From the NCBI GenBank assembly GCA_038063795.1, contig JBBTUM010000134.1:1-24610 (forward strand): a stretch of DNA of 24,610 bases, written 5' to 3'. Every line of letters starts with the position of its first letter. Position 1 is the stretch's first letter. The position numbers were made by a program, and so were the translations under genes. Below, piece after piece: positions 15,055 to 24,213 of the stretch. The DNA comes from Patescibacteria group bacterium (lineage in GTDB: Bacteria > Patescibacteriota > Patescibacteriia > UBA1558 > 2-01-FULL-52-15). Below the pieces are notes generated by a model. That model saw only the letters and a program-made list of their open reading frames with translations. It did no database searches and was not told where the DNA came from.

Positions 15055-17796
15055 ATGAAAAAACTCGCCATCATCGACACGTTCGCACTGCTGCATCGCG
15101 CCTGGCACGCGATACCGAACCTCACCACGAAGGACGGCCGAATGGTGAACGCAGTCTATGGCTTTACCTCGATACTTCTCAGGATACTGAAAGAGTTGAA
15201 CCCTGATTATGTCGTCGCCGCCTTTGATCTGCCGCATGAGACCTTTCGTAAGAAAGAATACAAGGAGTACAAAGCCCAGCGCGAGGCTCCTGAGAAGGAC
15301 TTCATCGATCAGATCAGTCTCGCCGAGGATATCCTGAAAGCGCTCAATATCCCGATCCTGGCGAAGCCAGGTTATGAAGCTGATGACATCATCGGCTCTC
15401 TCGCGAAGTATTTCTATGCGAAACACAAGGACGTGGAAACGATCATCGTGTCCGGAGATCTCGACACGCTGCAGCTCGTGAACGACCGCACGAAGATCTA
15501 CACCATGCGGAAGGGCCTCGCGGATACCGTCTACTATGATACGGCTGCGGTACGCGAACGATACGACCTTGAACCCAGACAGATCATCGACATGAAAGCG
15601 CTGGCCGGCGACCCCTCTGACAACATCCCCGGCGTCAAAGGCATCGGCGTGAAGGGAGCCGCGACGCTCATCAAGGAGTTCGACAGCCTCGAGAATCTCT
15701 ACGAGCATCTTGATTCTCCGAAGATAAAGCAGCGGACCCGAGAGCTGCTGACGGAACAAAAGGAAGGCGCGTTCATGAGCAAACGCCTCTCCACCATCGT
15801 CACCGACCTGCATATCCAGCTCGATGAAAAAAAAGCGCAGATCGAGAACTATGACCTGTCGAAAGCGACGAAGATCTTTCAAGATCTCGAATTCCGATCC
15901 CTCCTCTCGAAACTCCCAACGAACGGCGGCGATGCTACTCCCCGCGCTCAACAGACAAAACCCTCTTCACAGCACTATGACGTCATTGATAACGAGGCCG
16001 GCATGCGCTCGCTCGCGAAAGACCTCGAAAGCCAAAAACTGTTCGCCATCGATACAGAAACGACGGGCCTGAACACGCTCCAAGACACGATCCTGGGCGC
16101 AAGTTTCTCCTGGCAGTCGAAGCAAGGCGTCTTCGTCCACCTCCGCGATGAAAAGAGTAGAGCAGATTTCAAAAAACACCTCGGACCTGTCCTGGAAAAC
16201 CCGCGCATCGGAAAAACAGGTCATAACCTGAAGTTCGATTATCAAGTTCTCAAACATCTCGGCATCACGCTCGCACCGATAGCCTACGATACGCTGCTCG
16301 CAGCCTATCTGCTGCACCCGAACCGCAGCCTGAAGCTTGAGGACCTCGCTTTCAGCTATCTGCGCGTGAAAATACAAAATTTGACTGAACTGTCTGAAGA
16401 GCAGTCGGAAGAAAAAGGATCCGCTCATCAGCGGAAGAAAAAAGAACTCGATGTCGCGGCGATCGACCCTGAAAAGCTCGCACAGTATGGCGCTGCCGAC
16501 GCCGATATGGCGCTCCGGCTCTATGAAAGACTGCGGCAGGAGATCCGACGGGAGGGTTTCGAGAAGTTGCTCCAGGAGATCGAGATTCCGCTGGCACCTA
16601 TCCTCGCAGAGATGGAGCTCGCCGGGATCCTCATCGACCGTCCGTTCCTCGCGAAGAAAGCGAAAGAGTTCGGCAGCGACATAGCCGCGCTTGAAAAAAA
16701 GATCCATTCGCTGGCCGGCGTGGAATTCAATATCGCCTCCCCGCTGCAGATGAAGGAGATTCTCTTTGAAAAACTGCAGATCGCGAGCAAGGGCATCAAA
16801 CGGAAAAAAACCGGTCTCTCGACCGCGGCGGGCGAGCTGGACAAACTCGTCGGGGCACACCCCATCATTCCGCTCATCCTCGACTATCGGGAGGTGACGA
16901 AGCTGGTGAATACCTACGTCGCGACGCTTCCGACGATGGTGGATCCGGGAGACCACCGCATACACACGAGCTTCAATCAGACCGTGACCGCGACTGGCCG
17001 ACTCTCATCATCCGACCCGAATCTCCAGAATATTCCGGTGCGTACCGAGCTCGGTCGCGCTATCCGAAAAGCTTTCGTCGCAAAAGACGGCTACCAGCTC
17101 CTTTCCGCCGACTACTCGCAGATCGAGCTCAGGCTCGCCGCCATCATGTCGCAAGACCCGAAGATGCTCGCGAGCTTCAAGGCGGGCGAGGACATCCACC
17201 GGCGCACTGCCGCCGAGATCAACGGCGTCGCGCTCGACGAGGTGACGCCTGAGCAACGGCGTCGCGCGAAGGAAGTGAACTTCGGCGTGATATACGGCCT
17301 CGGCTCGACCGGACTCGCACAGCGGACCGGCATCTCGCGGCAAGAGGCGAAAAGCTTCATCGAAGAATATTTCAAGCTGTACAAGGGGGTAAAGAACTAT
17401 ATCGAAAGCACGAAATCGTTCGCGCATGCGCATGGCTATGTTGAGACACTTTTCGGAAGGCGTCGGAAGCTACCCGAGGTCTATTCATCATCCCCGATGC
17501 TCATCGCTCAAGCCGAGCGCATGGCCATCAACATGCCGCTTCAAGGAACGGCCGCGGACCTCCTGAAGATCGCGATGATACGGCTCGCGGCACGGTTGCC
17601 AAATGAACTGCCTGATGTCAGAATGCTGCTCCAGGTTCACGATGAGCTCGTCTTTGAGGTGCCGAAGGCTGAACTTCACGCGGCAGGCAAGCTGATACGC
17701 CACGAAATGGAGCATGTCGCCGACTATCCGATCCCGCTTGTCGTGGAACTGAAAGCAGGGCAGAACTGGGCGGAGATGACACCTCTCGATGCATAA
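15055..17796 (+). CDS. polA: DNA polymerase I
   Basis: 5'-3' exonuclease (YEADDIIG, GDPSDNIPGVKGIG), 3'-5' exonuclease motifs DTET, NLKFD and YGAAD, polymerase motifs SADYSQIELR, RRRAKEVNFG, LQVHDEL. Confidence 0.98.
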   Translation: MKKLAIIDTFALLHRAWHAIPNLTTKDGRMVNAVYGFTSILLRILKELNPDYVVAAFDLPHETFRKKEYKEYKAQREAPEKDFIDQISLAEDILKALNIPILAKPGYEADDIIGSLAKYFYAKHKDVETIIVSGDLDTLQLVNDRTKIYTMRKGLADTVYYDTAAVRERYDLEPRQIIDMKALAGDPSDNIPGVKGIGVKGAATLIKEFDSLENLYEHLDSPKIKQRTRELLTEQKEGAFMSKRLSTIVTDLHIQLDEKKAQIENYDLSKATKIFQDLEFRSLLSKLPTNGGDATPRAQQTKPSSQHYDVIDNEAGMRSLAKDLESQKLFAIDTETTGLNTLQDTILGASFSWQSKQGVFVHLRDEKSRADFKKHLGPVLENPRIGKTGHNLKFDYQVLKHLGITLAPIAYDTLLAAYLLHPNRSLKLEDLAFSYLRVKIQNLTELSEEQSEEKGSAHQRKKKELDVAAIDPEKLAQYGAADADMALRLYERLRQEIRREGFEKLLQEIEIPLAPILAEMELAGILIDRPFLAKKAKEFGSDIAALEKKIHSLAGVEFNIASPLQMKEILFEKLQIASKGIKRKKTGLSTAAGELDKLVGAHPIIPLILDYREVTKLVNTYVATLPTMVDPGDHRIHTSFNQTVTATGRLSSSDPNLQNIPVRTELGRAIRKAFVAKDGYQLLSADYSQIELRLAAIMSQDPKMLASFKAGEDIHRRTAAEINGVALDEVTPEQRRRAKEVNFGVIYGLGSTGLAQRTGISRQEAKSFIEEYFKLYKGVKNYIESTKSFAHAHGYVETLFGRRRKLPEVYSSSPMLIAQAERMAINMPLQGTAADLLKIAMIRLAARLPNELPDVRMLLQVHDELVFEVPKAELHAAGKLIRHEMEHVADYPIPLVVELKAGQNWAEMTPLDA

Positions 17797-17925
17797 AAAT
17801 TCTAAAATCGAAATCCTAAATTCTAAACAATATCTAAATCAGAAACCGGAAACCATGCTTTGCCTGAATTTAGGATCTATAATTTCAAATCTGTTTCTGA
17901 TTTCAGATTTATAACTTCAGATTTG
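17796..17925. repeat. AT-rich ~7-nt-periodic imperfect inverted repeat between polA and holA
   Basis: Left arm AAATCCTAAATTC and AAATCAGAAAC pair with right arm GAATTTAGGAT and GTTTCTGATTT; related half-copy at 24498-24545. Confidence 0.75.
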
Positions 17926-17932
17926 AATCAGT

Positions 17933-18898
17933 ATGATTTACTTCTATTACGGTGACGATACCTACCGGGCGCGCCAGATGATCACGCAGCTCAGGGACAA
18001 GTTCAAGAAGCTGTACGATCCCGCCGGGCATCAGCTCGAAACGATCGACAGCGATGAATTTTCGCTTGAGCGGTTCTTTACGTCCGCAAAGTCGAGCGGG
18101 CTTTTTGCGAAGAAAAAAATGATCATCGTAAAGAATATTTTTTCCTGCAAAGAATTCTCAGACATCCAGGACGAAATTCTCGCGTACCTCAAAAGCCTCA
18201 AAAACACGAAGGACGAGAACTACCTCATCTTCTGGCATGAAGGGACCCCGAAGCGTACCACGAAACTCTTCAAATATCTCTCCACCGTGTGCGCCGATAA
18301 CAATTGTATGAAGGAGTTCACGCCGCTCCCCCGTCCCCAGCTGGTCCGCTGGCTGCAGACAGAAGCCGGTATGTACGGAAAGAAGCTCGACACAGATGCC
18401 GCGGAAATGCTGATCTCGCTCGTCGGCGAATCGACATGGTATCTGCACCATGAGGTCCGCAAACTCTGTCATTTTCACACACAAGAATCCATCAACGCGA
18501 AGGATGTCGAGGCGCTTATCAAGGCAACACACGGCGAGTCCATCTTCTCGCTCATGGACGCGATCACGGCGCGGCAGCGCAGCCACGCGCTCGATCTCCT
18601 CGAAAAATATCTCATGCAGAAATCTGATCGTCATTTCCTGCTGAACATGATGATCCGCCAGTTCCGTCTCATCGTGCTCATCCAGGGTATCGCCGCGCGC
18701 ACGCGGAACTCCTACATCGTCGCGCAGCAGCTCGGACTCCACCCTTTCGTAGCAAAAAAAATGCTGGAGCACAGCAAGAACTTCACGCGGAGCGAACTCC
18801 GCGACGTATACGGCTCTCTCATACAGATCGAGCACATGCTCAAACGCGATCCCGAGTACCTCGAGACCGCGCTGACCGTGTGTATCGCTAAACTGTGA
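17933..18898 (+). CDS. holA: DNA polymerase III subunit delta
   Basis: MIYFYYGDDTY, GLFAKKKMIIVKN, HEVRKL, IFSLMDAI..ALDLL, MIRQFR, LGLHPFVAKK. Confidence 0.9.
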   Translation: MIYFYYGDDTYRARQMITQLRDKFKKLYDPAGHQLETIDSDEFSLERFFTSAKSSGLFAKKKMIIVKNIFSCKEFSDIQDEILAYLKSLKNTKDENYLIFWHEGTPKRTTKLFKYLSTVCADNNCMKEFTPLPRPQLVRWLQTEAGMYGKKLDTDAAEMLISLVGESTWYLHHEVRKLCHFHTQESINAKDVEALIKATHGESIFSLMDAITARQRSHALDLLEKYLMQKSDRHFLLNMMIRQFRLIVLIQGIAARTRNSYIVAQQLGLHPFVAKKMLEHSKNFTRSELRDVYGSLIQIEHMLKRDPEYLETALTVCIAKL

Positions 18899-18900
18899 GG

Positions 18901-19176
18901 CTATTTCTTCGCCTGCAGTGAACGGAGCTTCTTGCTGAAGCGGCTCTTCAGCCGCGCTGCCGTATTCCGATGCAGGAAACCGCCTCGTTTCGAGGCCTTA
19001 TCGACGGCTTTCTGGAGATCGACCAGAAGTTGCTTCATCGTGTCGGGCTTCCCGCCGGTGGTCAGCTTTTCGAGCTTTTTCCGAAGATCCTTGATCTTCT
19101 TTTTGAGAGCTAGATTGCGCTCATGGTGCTTGTGCGATTGCCGGAGCGCTTTTGCTGCTGATTTCGTCTGGGGCAT
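18901..19176 (-). CDS. rpsT: 30S ribosomal protein S20
   Basis: MPQTKSAAKALRQS..KAVDKASKRGGFLHRNTAARLKSR; promoter TTGATT-17-TAATCT at 19217-19245. Confidence 0.95.
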   Translation of the reverse strand: MPQTKSAAKALRQSHKHHERNLALKKKIKDLRKKLEKLTTGGKPDTMKQLLVDLQKAVDKASKRGGFLHRNTAARLKSRFSKKLRSLQAKK

Positions 19177-19286
19177 GTTTACGTGAAAAAATTAATTAAA
19201 GTGTAAGAGCACGGGCAGATTAGCATACGTTTTCCTGAAAATCAACCCCTCCGGGCTTTGCAGGGCAAAAGAACAATCGCATCTAG

Positions 19287-19961
19287 TTACTGGCTTTTCA
19301 AGACAAAAGGGTTGAAGTCTGTATCTTTGTCGTAAAAATCCTCGCTTTCTAGCTTCTTGAGTTTTCCGACGACCGCATAGGTGAGCGGCGTAAAAATAAT
19401 TTCGACCGCGACCTTTATCAGCCAGCCGGATAGAATCGAATTGACAAGTAGGTTGCTTGGGAGCACTGCGTAAAGAGCGATCGTATAGAACAGGATCGTA
19501 TTGGCAAGCTCGCCCACGACTGTAGAGCCCACCGTTCTGATCCAGAGATATTTTCCTTTAGTCAATACCTTCATTTTTGCGAGAACGTAGTCGTTCAATA
19601 TGCCGCCTACCCATACTGCGATCCAGCCGCCAAGAAGGATTCTAGGCACTGAGCCCAGTACGGTTGCGTAAGCGTCATTAGAGGGAAATCCTGCCGCCGG
19701 TGGGAGTGCTATAACAAGCTGATACACGAGGCCTGCGAGAATAGAGCTGAACAGCACCATCCACACTACGCTGCGAGCTTTCGCATATCCGTATACCTCT
19801 GTCAGCACATCGGAGATAATATACGTTATCGGGAAATAGAGAACAGTGACCGATACTGGAAAAATAAAAAACTGGATGATCTTGCCGGCCGTTATATCCG
19901 ATACAAGCTGCATGGTGATGTACAGTGCTGTAATCAATCCCAAAAATTTATATTGTTTCAT
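19287..19961 (-). CDS. yhhQ: VUT family (YhhQ-like) queuosine precursor transporter
   Basis: YFPITYIISDVLTEVYGYAKAR, RTVGSTVVGELANTILFYTIA, KVAVEIIFTPLTY; multiple TM helices; own extended -10 at 19971-19979. Confidence 0.92.
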   Translation of the reverse strand: MKQYKFLGLITALYITMQLVSDITAGKIIQFFIFPVSVTVLYFPITYIISDVLTEVYGYAKARSVVWMVLFSSILAGLVYQLVIALPPAAGFPSNDAYATVLGSVPRILLGGWIAVWVGGILNDYVLAKMKVLTKGKYLWIRTVGSTVVGELANTILFYTIALYAVLPSNLLVNSILSGWLIKVAVEIIFTPLTYAVVGKLKKLESEDFYDKDTDFNPFVLKSQ

Positions 19962-19998
19962 ATGGATCTAAGTATAACATATCACTTGCTGAGTCGCA

Positions 19999-21108
19999 TC
20001 AATGATAGAGCGTGGCAATGAGCTGTACCTGGAGTTCCGGCATGGAAACGAGATGATCCTTCCACGTCGTATCGGATAGCTTTGAAACGCTGACTGCCTC
20101 GGAGACCGAAAACGTCCCTATCTCTGTCCTACGGAGCGCTATCATGACAGCGCCGGTCTTGAGCTTTGCGCCGATATCATGGATCAGGGACCGGACATAG
20201 GTACCGGTCGAACAGGCTACGCGGAACGTCAGAGATGGGTACTCGTAGGAAAGCAGATCGATCGAGTGGACCGTAACGAGGGCCGGTTTCCGCTCGATAT
20301 GCTTCCCCTTCCGGGCCATCTTATACAGCGGCTGCCCGCCGACCTTCTTCGCCGAAAACATGGGTGGTATCTGCTCGATCGTTCCGGTGAATTGCTTCAA
20401 CACATCCGTTACCTGCCCCTGCGTCGGCGCAGCGTGCCCCTTTCGCGTCACCGTGCCTTCGCTATCATACGTCGACGATGTCGCGCCAAGCTCTGCGGTC
20501 GCTTCATAGGTCTTTGGAAAAAAATGCCACCAATCGAGCAGGCTGCAGGCCTGTGAAATGCCGCACACGAGTAGCCCCGACGCGATCGGATCAAGCGTCC
20601 CTGCGAAACCGATCTGCTTGATGCCCGTGATCTTCCGGAGCTGGCTCACGGTATGAAACGACGGCTCTCCTACAGGCTTATCGATCAAGAGAAACCACGC
20701 GTCCTCATCTTCAGCGACGGCACGGATCTTTCTCGACGCAAAAATATCTGCATGGAACGACGGTAGCGTGATAATTTTCGTCGAAAGCTTCTGTTCAGAA
20801 ACATACTGTTTAAGCGAATCAACGAACAGTTTCTGATCATACCCGAGTATTACGACGTCAGGCTTGATCTCGCGAAACGCTTTCAGCCGGTCACGCTCAT
20901 CGCCCGGAAGCGCGTTCACTTCATACGCTTCAAGCTGTCGCACCCGCTCATGGAGCGCGTGCACGGGGGGTCTGCCCTTCACCTTCCGAATGGTCGAATC
21001 AAGCGCCAAAACCGCATGCACCTGACCGTGCTTCTTTGCTTCATTGATGAGAAACAAATGACCGGGATGAAGAATATCAAAAGTTCCGAATACAAGAACT
21101 CGTTTCAT
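19999..21108 (-). CDS. truB: Fusion of a cytidylyltransferase-like (RibL/TagD-type) domain and tRNA pseudouridine(55) synthase TruB
   Basis: FGTFDILHPGH (HxGH), ER, KPDVVILGYDQ in the first ~130 aa; then IDKP, AGTLDP, KTY, QIPPMFSAKK.GGQPLYKMARKG, CSTGTYVRSL..DIG, LRRT. Confidence 0.92.
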   Translation of the reverse strand: MKRVLVFGTFDILHPGHLFLINEAKKHGQVHAVLALDSTIRKVKGRPPVHALHERVRQLEAYEVNALPGDERDRLKAFREIKPDVVILGYDQKLFVDSLKQYVSEQKLSTKIITLPSFHADIFASRKIRAVAEDEDAWFLLIDKPVGEPSFHTVSQLRKITGIKQIGFAGTLDPIASGLLVCGISQACSLLDWWHFFPKTYEATAELGATSSTYDSEGTVTRKGHAAPTQGQVTDVLKQFTGTIEQIPPMFSAKKVGGQPLYKMARKGKHIERKPALVTVHSIDLLSYEYPSLTFRVACSTGTYVRSLIHDIGAKLKTGAVMIALRRTEIGTFSVSEAVSVSKLSDTTWKDHLVSMPELQVQLIATLYH

Positions 21109-21111
21109 AAC

Positions 21112-21351
21112 TTAGAGATCATATGTTGTATCGCTTCGCCGCTCAATTGAAATGACCCTATATCCTTCCTTGGTCCGCAGGAACAGCATCCTCATATTCC
21201 CTGACCTGACTCGAAAAATATCCCCGTGCCCGCTGAGTTTCTTTACATCAAGTCCTTCAATATTCTTGCGCCCAAGCTTATTGATAATCAATAATACCCG
21301 CTGCAAATCTTTCTTTGGCAACCTCTTCAAAAACTTGCGTACCTTATCCAT
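21112..21351 (-). CDS. RelE/ParE-family type II toxin
   Basis: 79 aa basic protein with DVKKLSG..IFRVRSGNMRMLF; directly downstream of the antitoxin. Confidence 0.85.
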   Translation of the reverse strand: MDKVRKFLKRLPKKDLQRVLLIINKLGRKNIEGLDVKKLSGHGDIFRVRSGNMRMLFLRTKEGYRVISIERRSDTTYDL

Positions 21352-21359
21352 GGCGCTCC

Positions 21360-21590
21360 TTAAGTGAGCAGCCCTGTTAGCGCCTTCTTAACGGTGTCCA
21401 GCGGGACCCCTCGGGGATCAATGCTGGTGAAATCGATAACCGTCTCCCAGGCATCTTCGTCAACGGGGATAAGCCTGAACACCGGTTTCGATTTTCTCAT
21501 GACTAAAAATGATACGCCTTTTTGCACTTGCGCAATATACGCATCCGTATTTTCGCGTAAGGCTTTTAATCCTACGATTTTTTCTGCCAT
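21360..21590 (-). CDS. Phd/YefM-family antitoxin
   Basis: IVGLKALRENTDAYIAQVQKGVSFLVMRKSKPVFRLIP N-terminal pattern. Confidence 0.85.
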   Translation of the reverse strand: MAEKIVGLKALRENTDAYIAQVQKGVSFLVMRKSKPVFRLIPVDEDAWETVIDFTSIDPRGVPLDTVKKALTGLLT

Positions 21591-21602
21591 ATCAATAAGT
21601 TA

Positions 21603-21647
21603 ATCTTAAGATAATCTTATGATATCGTATGATCATAGAGCTGTCAA
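21603..21647 (-). promoter_or_regulatory. TA operon promoter with palindromic operator candidates
   Basis: TTGACA (21642-21647)-17 nt-TATCAT (21619-21624); palindromes TATGATCATA (21628-21637) and ATCTTAAGAT (21603-21612). Confidence 0.7.
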
Positions 21648-21648
21648 A

Positions 21649-21729
21649 TTACCTCTTCCTCGCCTTCTTCAAAACAACTATCTGATCCCGTAACGTCGTG
21701 GCCTTTTCAAAATCCAGATTTTTCGCACA
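21649..21729 (-). pseudogene. Orphan, diverged copy of the uvrB 3' end (UVR domain tip), no start codon
   Basis: Translates to CAKNLDFEKATTLRDQIVVLKKARKR* versus the UvrB end AAENLDFERAAVLRDQIAILKKRKHG*; in-frame TAG just upstream (21742-21744). Confidence 0.85.
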
Positions 21730-21743
21730 GAAAAAGTATAGCT

Positions 21744-21782
21744 AAAAAAGAGGGCGGCCGCCATGCAAGAGCTTGGCGGCCG
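21744..21782 (-). terminator. Intrinsic terminator after the orphan gene
   Basis: GGCCGCCA..TGGCGGCC stem followed by CTCTTTTTT on the minus strand. Confidence 0.75.
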
Positions 21783-21789
21783 GTAGTCA

Positions 21790-22143
21790 TCAGGACTTCA
21801 CCTTCGAATGCTTGGAGATGCCCCGTGCGTAGCTTGCCCCGTGCTCGAAGGAGCGCGCGACCATCTGTGAAACGTTCGCAATGATCGGCCACGGGATTGT
21901 TAGAGCAGAAGCGGCCCCCAGTCGATCCAGTGCGTCGAGAAAAGCGCACTCATGCGGGTCCAGAAGCTCGACGATCGTGAATCGTTTCGTGTCTAGAGCG
22001 CACGAATCATGCTCGCCCCAATCAGAACCCCTAGGCGGCCTCTTCCCAACCTCAGGCTCGTCAGCTTCTCTGCACCGCATCAGGTGCAGGTGCGCTTCGT
22101 TTTCGCCTTGCACAACTGCGAAAAACCACTGGTTTCTCTCCAT
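21790..22143 (-). CDS. Hypothetical protein (117 aa)
   Basis: GGAGGAGG SD before ATG 22143 (MERNQWFF...); own terminator. Confidence 0.7.
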   Translation of the reverse strand: MERNQWFFAVVQGENEAHLHLMRCREADEPEVGKRPPRGSDWGEHDSCALDTKRFTIVELLDPHECAFLDALDRLGAASALTIPWPIIANVSQMVARSFEHGASYARGISKHSKVKS

Positions 22144-22233
22144 GCAGCCCTCCTCCATGAAAGGACACAAAAACAATAGTTTCACTCTAGGCGAGTGGTT
22201 TAAAAAAATCAACACGAGGCCTAATTGCGCTCT

Positions 22234-24213
22234 CTACCCATGCTTCCTCTTTTTCAATATCGCGATCTGATCTCTCAGCACTGCCGCTCTTTCAAAATCC
22301 AAATTCTCCGCCGCCAGCTTCATCTGCGCTTGCAATGTCTCGGCAAGGAACGCCTTCTCCTCTCGCTTCAGGTGCTTCACCTCGTCTCGGAACTGATCTT
22401 TCGTCACAAGCCCCTTGATAGAGACGTCCTTCACGTCGCGGACGATCGTTGTCGGCGTAATATGGTGCTCTGCGTTGTACGCCGTCTGAATTTTCCTTCG
22501 GCGCACGGTCTCCGCGATCGCGAGCTTCATCGAACGCGTCGTGCGGTCGGCATACATGATTGCGTGTCCGTCGCTGTGCCGCGCCGCACGCCCCATGACC
22601 TGGATGAGCGAGGTTTCATTTCTCAAAAAACCTTCCTTGTCCGCGTCGAGGATGACGACCAGCGAGACCTCGGGCAGATCGAGCCCTTCACGGAGCAGGT
22701 TGATGCCGACGAGAACGTCATACTTTCCCTGCCGCAGATCTTTCAGGATCACCAGGCGATCAAGCGTATCGATATCCGAGTGCAGATACTGCACCTTGAT
22801 ACCCTTCATGAGCAAGTGTTCAGCCAGATCCTCAGCGAGACGCTTCGTCAGAGTGGTTATCAGCACACGCTGCTTTTTCTTCACCCGCTTCTGAATCTCG
22901 AGCTCGACATCGGCGAGCTGACCGCGCGTCCTCCGCACCTCCACATCCGGGTCCAGGAGCCCCGTCGGCCTGATCAGCTGTTCTACCACTTCTGCTGATT
23001 GCTGCACTTCATACGGCATGGGCGTCGCCGACATGAAGACCGTCTGTCCGGTCCGCTCGAGAAACTCCTCCCAGTTCAGAGGACGGTTATCTATGGCCGC
23101 GGGGAGACGCCAGCCATAGTCAACCAGTGTCGTTTTACGCGAACGGTCTCCCTGATACATGCCACGTATCTGCGGGATGGTGATATGCGACTCGTCGATG
23201 ACAAGCAAAAAATCGTCAGGAAAATAATCGATCAGGGTCGCCGGAGGTTGACCGGGTTGCCTGCGGTCCAGATAACGGGAGTAATTCTCGATGCCGCTGC
23301 AGTACCCAACGGTTTCGATCATCTCCAGATCATACTTCACGCGCTCTTCGATTCGCTGCGCCTCGATCAGCTTATCCTCTTTTTTGAATTGTGCCACCCG
23401 CTTCGCGAGGTCAGTCCGTATCTCGCTCACGATCTCAGGAAGGTTCTGCTCCGGGGCGAGGAAATGCTTCGCCGGAAATATCGAAATAGACGCGAGATTC
23501 GCATCGACGACATCACGCGTCAGATAGTGAACGCGTTTTATCTTCTCGAGTGTGTTGCCGTGGAACTCCAGGCGATAAAATCCGTCGACTTCGCTCGCCG
23601 GCAGGATCTCAAGTACCTCGCCCTTCACGCTGTATGAGCCGCGCACGAGGCTCAGGTCATTGCGCTCATACTGCAGATGATGGAGCCGGCGAAGGATGTT
23701 TTCGATCGAGTATTCCTTGCCTCTCGAAAGCTCGATGCGGACGCGGGAATAGTTCTCCGGCGAGCCAAGACCATAAATGCATGACACCGAAGCCACCACG
23801 ATGACATCACGGCGCGTGAGTACCGCTTGCGTGCTCGCGTGGCGCAGCCGATCGATCTCTTCATTGATATCGGTCTCCTTTTCGATATGCGTATCGGTCG
23901 TCGGAATGTATGCTTCCGGCTGATAGTAATCGTAATACGAGACAAAGTAATGAACCGCGTTCTGAGGAAAAAAATCCTGGAATTCAGACGCGAGCTGCGC
24001 CGCAAGCGTTTTGTTGTGCGAAATGACGAGCGTGGGACGATTGAGCTGCTCGATAACGTTCGCTATCGTGAACGTCTTACCGGAACCTGTGACGCCCTTT
24101 AAGGTCATCTTATCCACGCCGTGTGAAATTCCCGACGTCAATTTCTCAATGGCCTGCCCCTGATCACCAGCAGACTTGAATTTTGAAATCAGTTTAAAAG
24201 CACTTTTTGACAT
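22234..24213 (-). CDS. uvrB: Excinuclease ABC subunit B
   Basis: GVTGSGKTFT, YYDYYQPEAY, DESHITIPQ, MSATP, LVGINLLREGLDLPEV, QVMGRAAR, C-terminal UVR helix. Confidence 0.98.
   Translation of the reverse strand: MSKSAFKLISKFKSAGDQGQAIEKLTSGISHGVDKMTLKGVTGSGKTFTIANVIEQLNRPTLVISHNKTLAAQLASEFQDFFPQNAVHYFVSYYDYYQPEAYIPTTDTHIEKETDINEEIDRLRHASTQAVLTRRDVIVVASVSCIYGLGSPENYSRVRIELSRGKEYSIENILRRLHHLQYERNDLSLVRGSYSVKGEVLEILPASEVDGFYRLEFHGNTLEKIKRVHYLTRDVVDANLASISIFPAKHFLAPEQNLPEIVSEIRTDLAKRVAQFKKEDKLIEAQRIEERVKYDLEMIETVGYCSGIENYSRYLDRRQPGQPPATLIDYFPDDFLLVIDESHITIPQIRGMYQGDRSRKTTLVDYGWRLPAAIDNRPLNWEEFLERTGQTVFMSATPMPYEVQQSAEVVEQLIRPTGLLDPDVEVRRTRGQLADVELEIQKRVKKKQRVLITTLTKRLAEDLAEHLLMKGIKVQYLHSDIDTLDRLVILKDLRQGKYDVLVGINLLREGLDLPEVSLVVILDADKEGFLRNETSLIQVMGRAARHSDGHAIMYADRTTRSMKLAIAETVRRRKIQTAYNAEHHITPTTIVRDVKDVSIKGLVTKDQFRDEVKHLKREEKAFLAETLQAQMKLAAENLDFERAAVLRDQIAILKKRKHG

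Noticed and set aside
15055-17796. Possible inactive proofreading domain or intein in PolA
   Set aside because: Exo I, II and III acidic residues are all present and the length is normal.
14914-18835. Long minus-strand ORFs 14914-15951, 15967-16965 and 18158-18835, plus the plus-strand ORFs inside uvrB
   Set aside because: Antisense shadows of polA, holA and uvrB caused by codon bias; no motifs.
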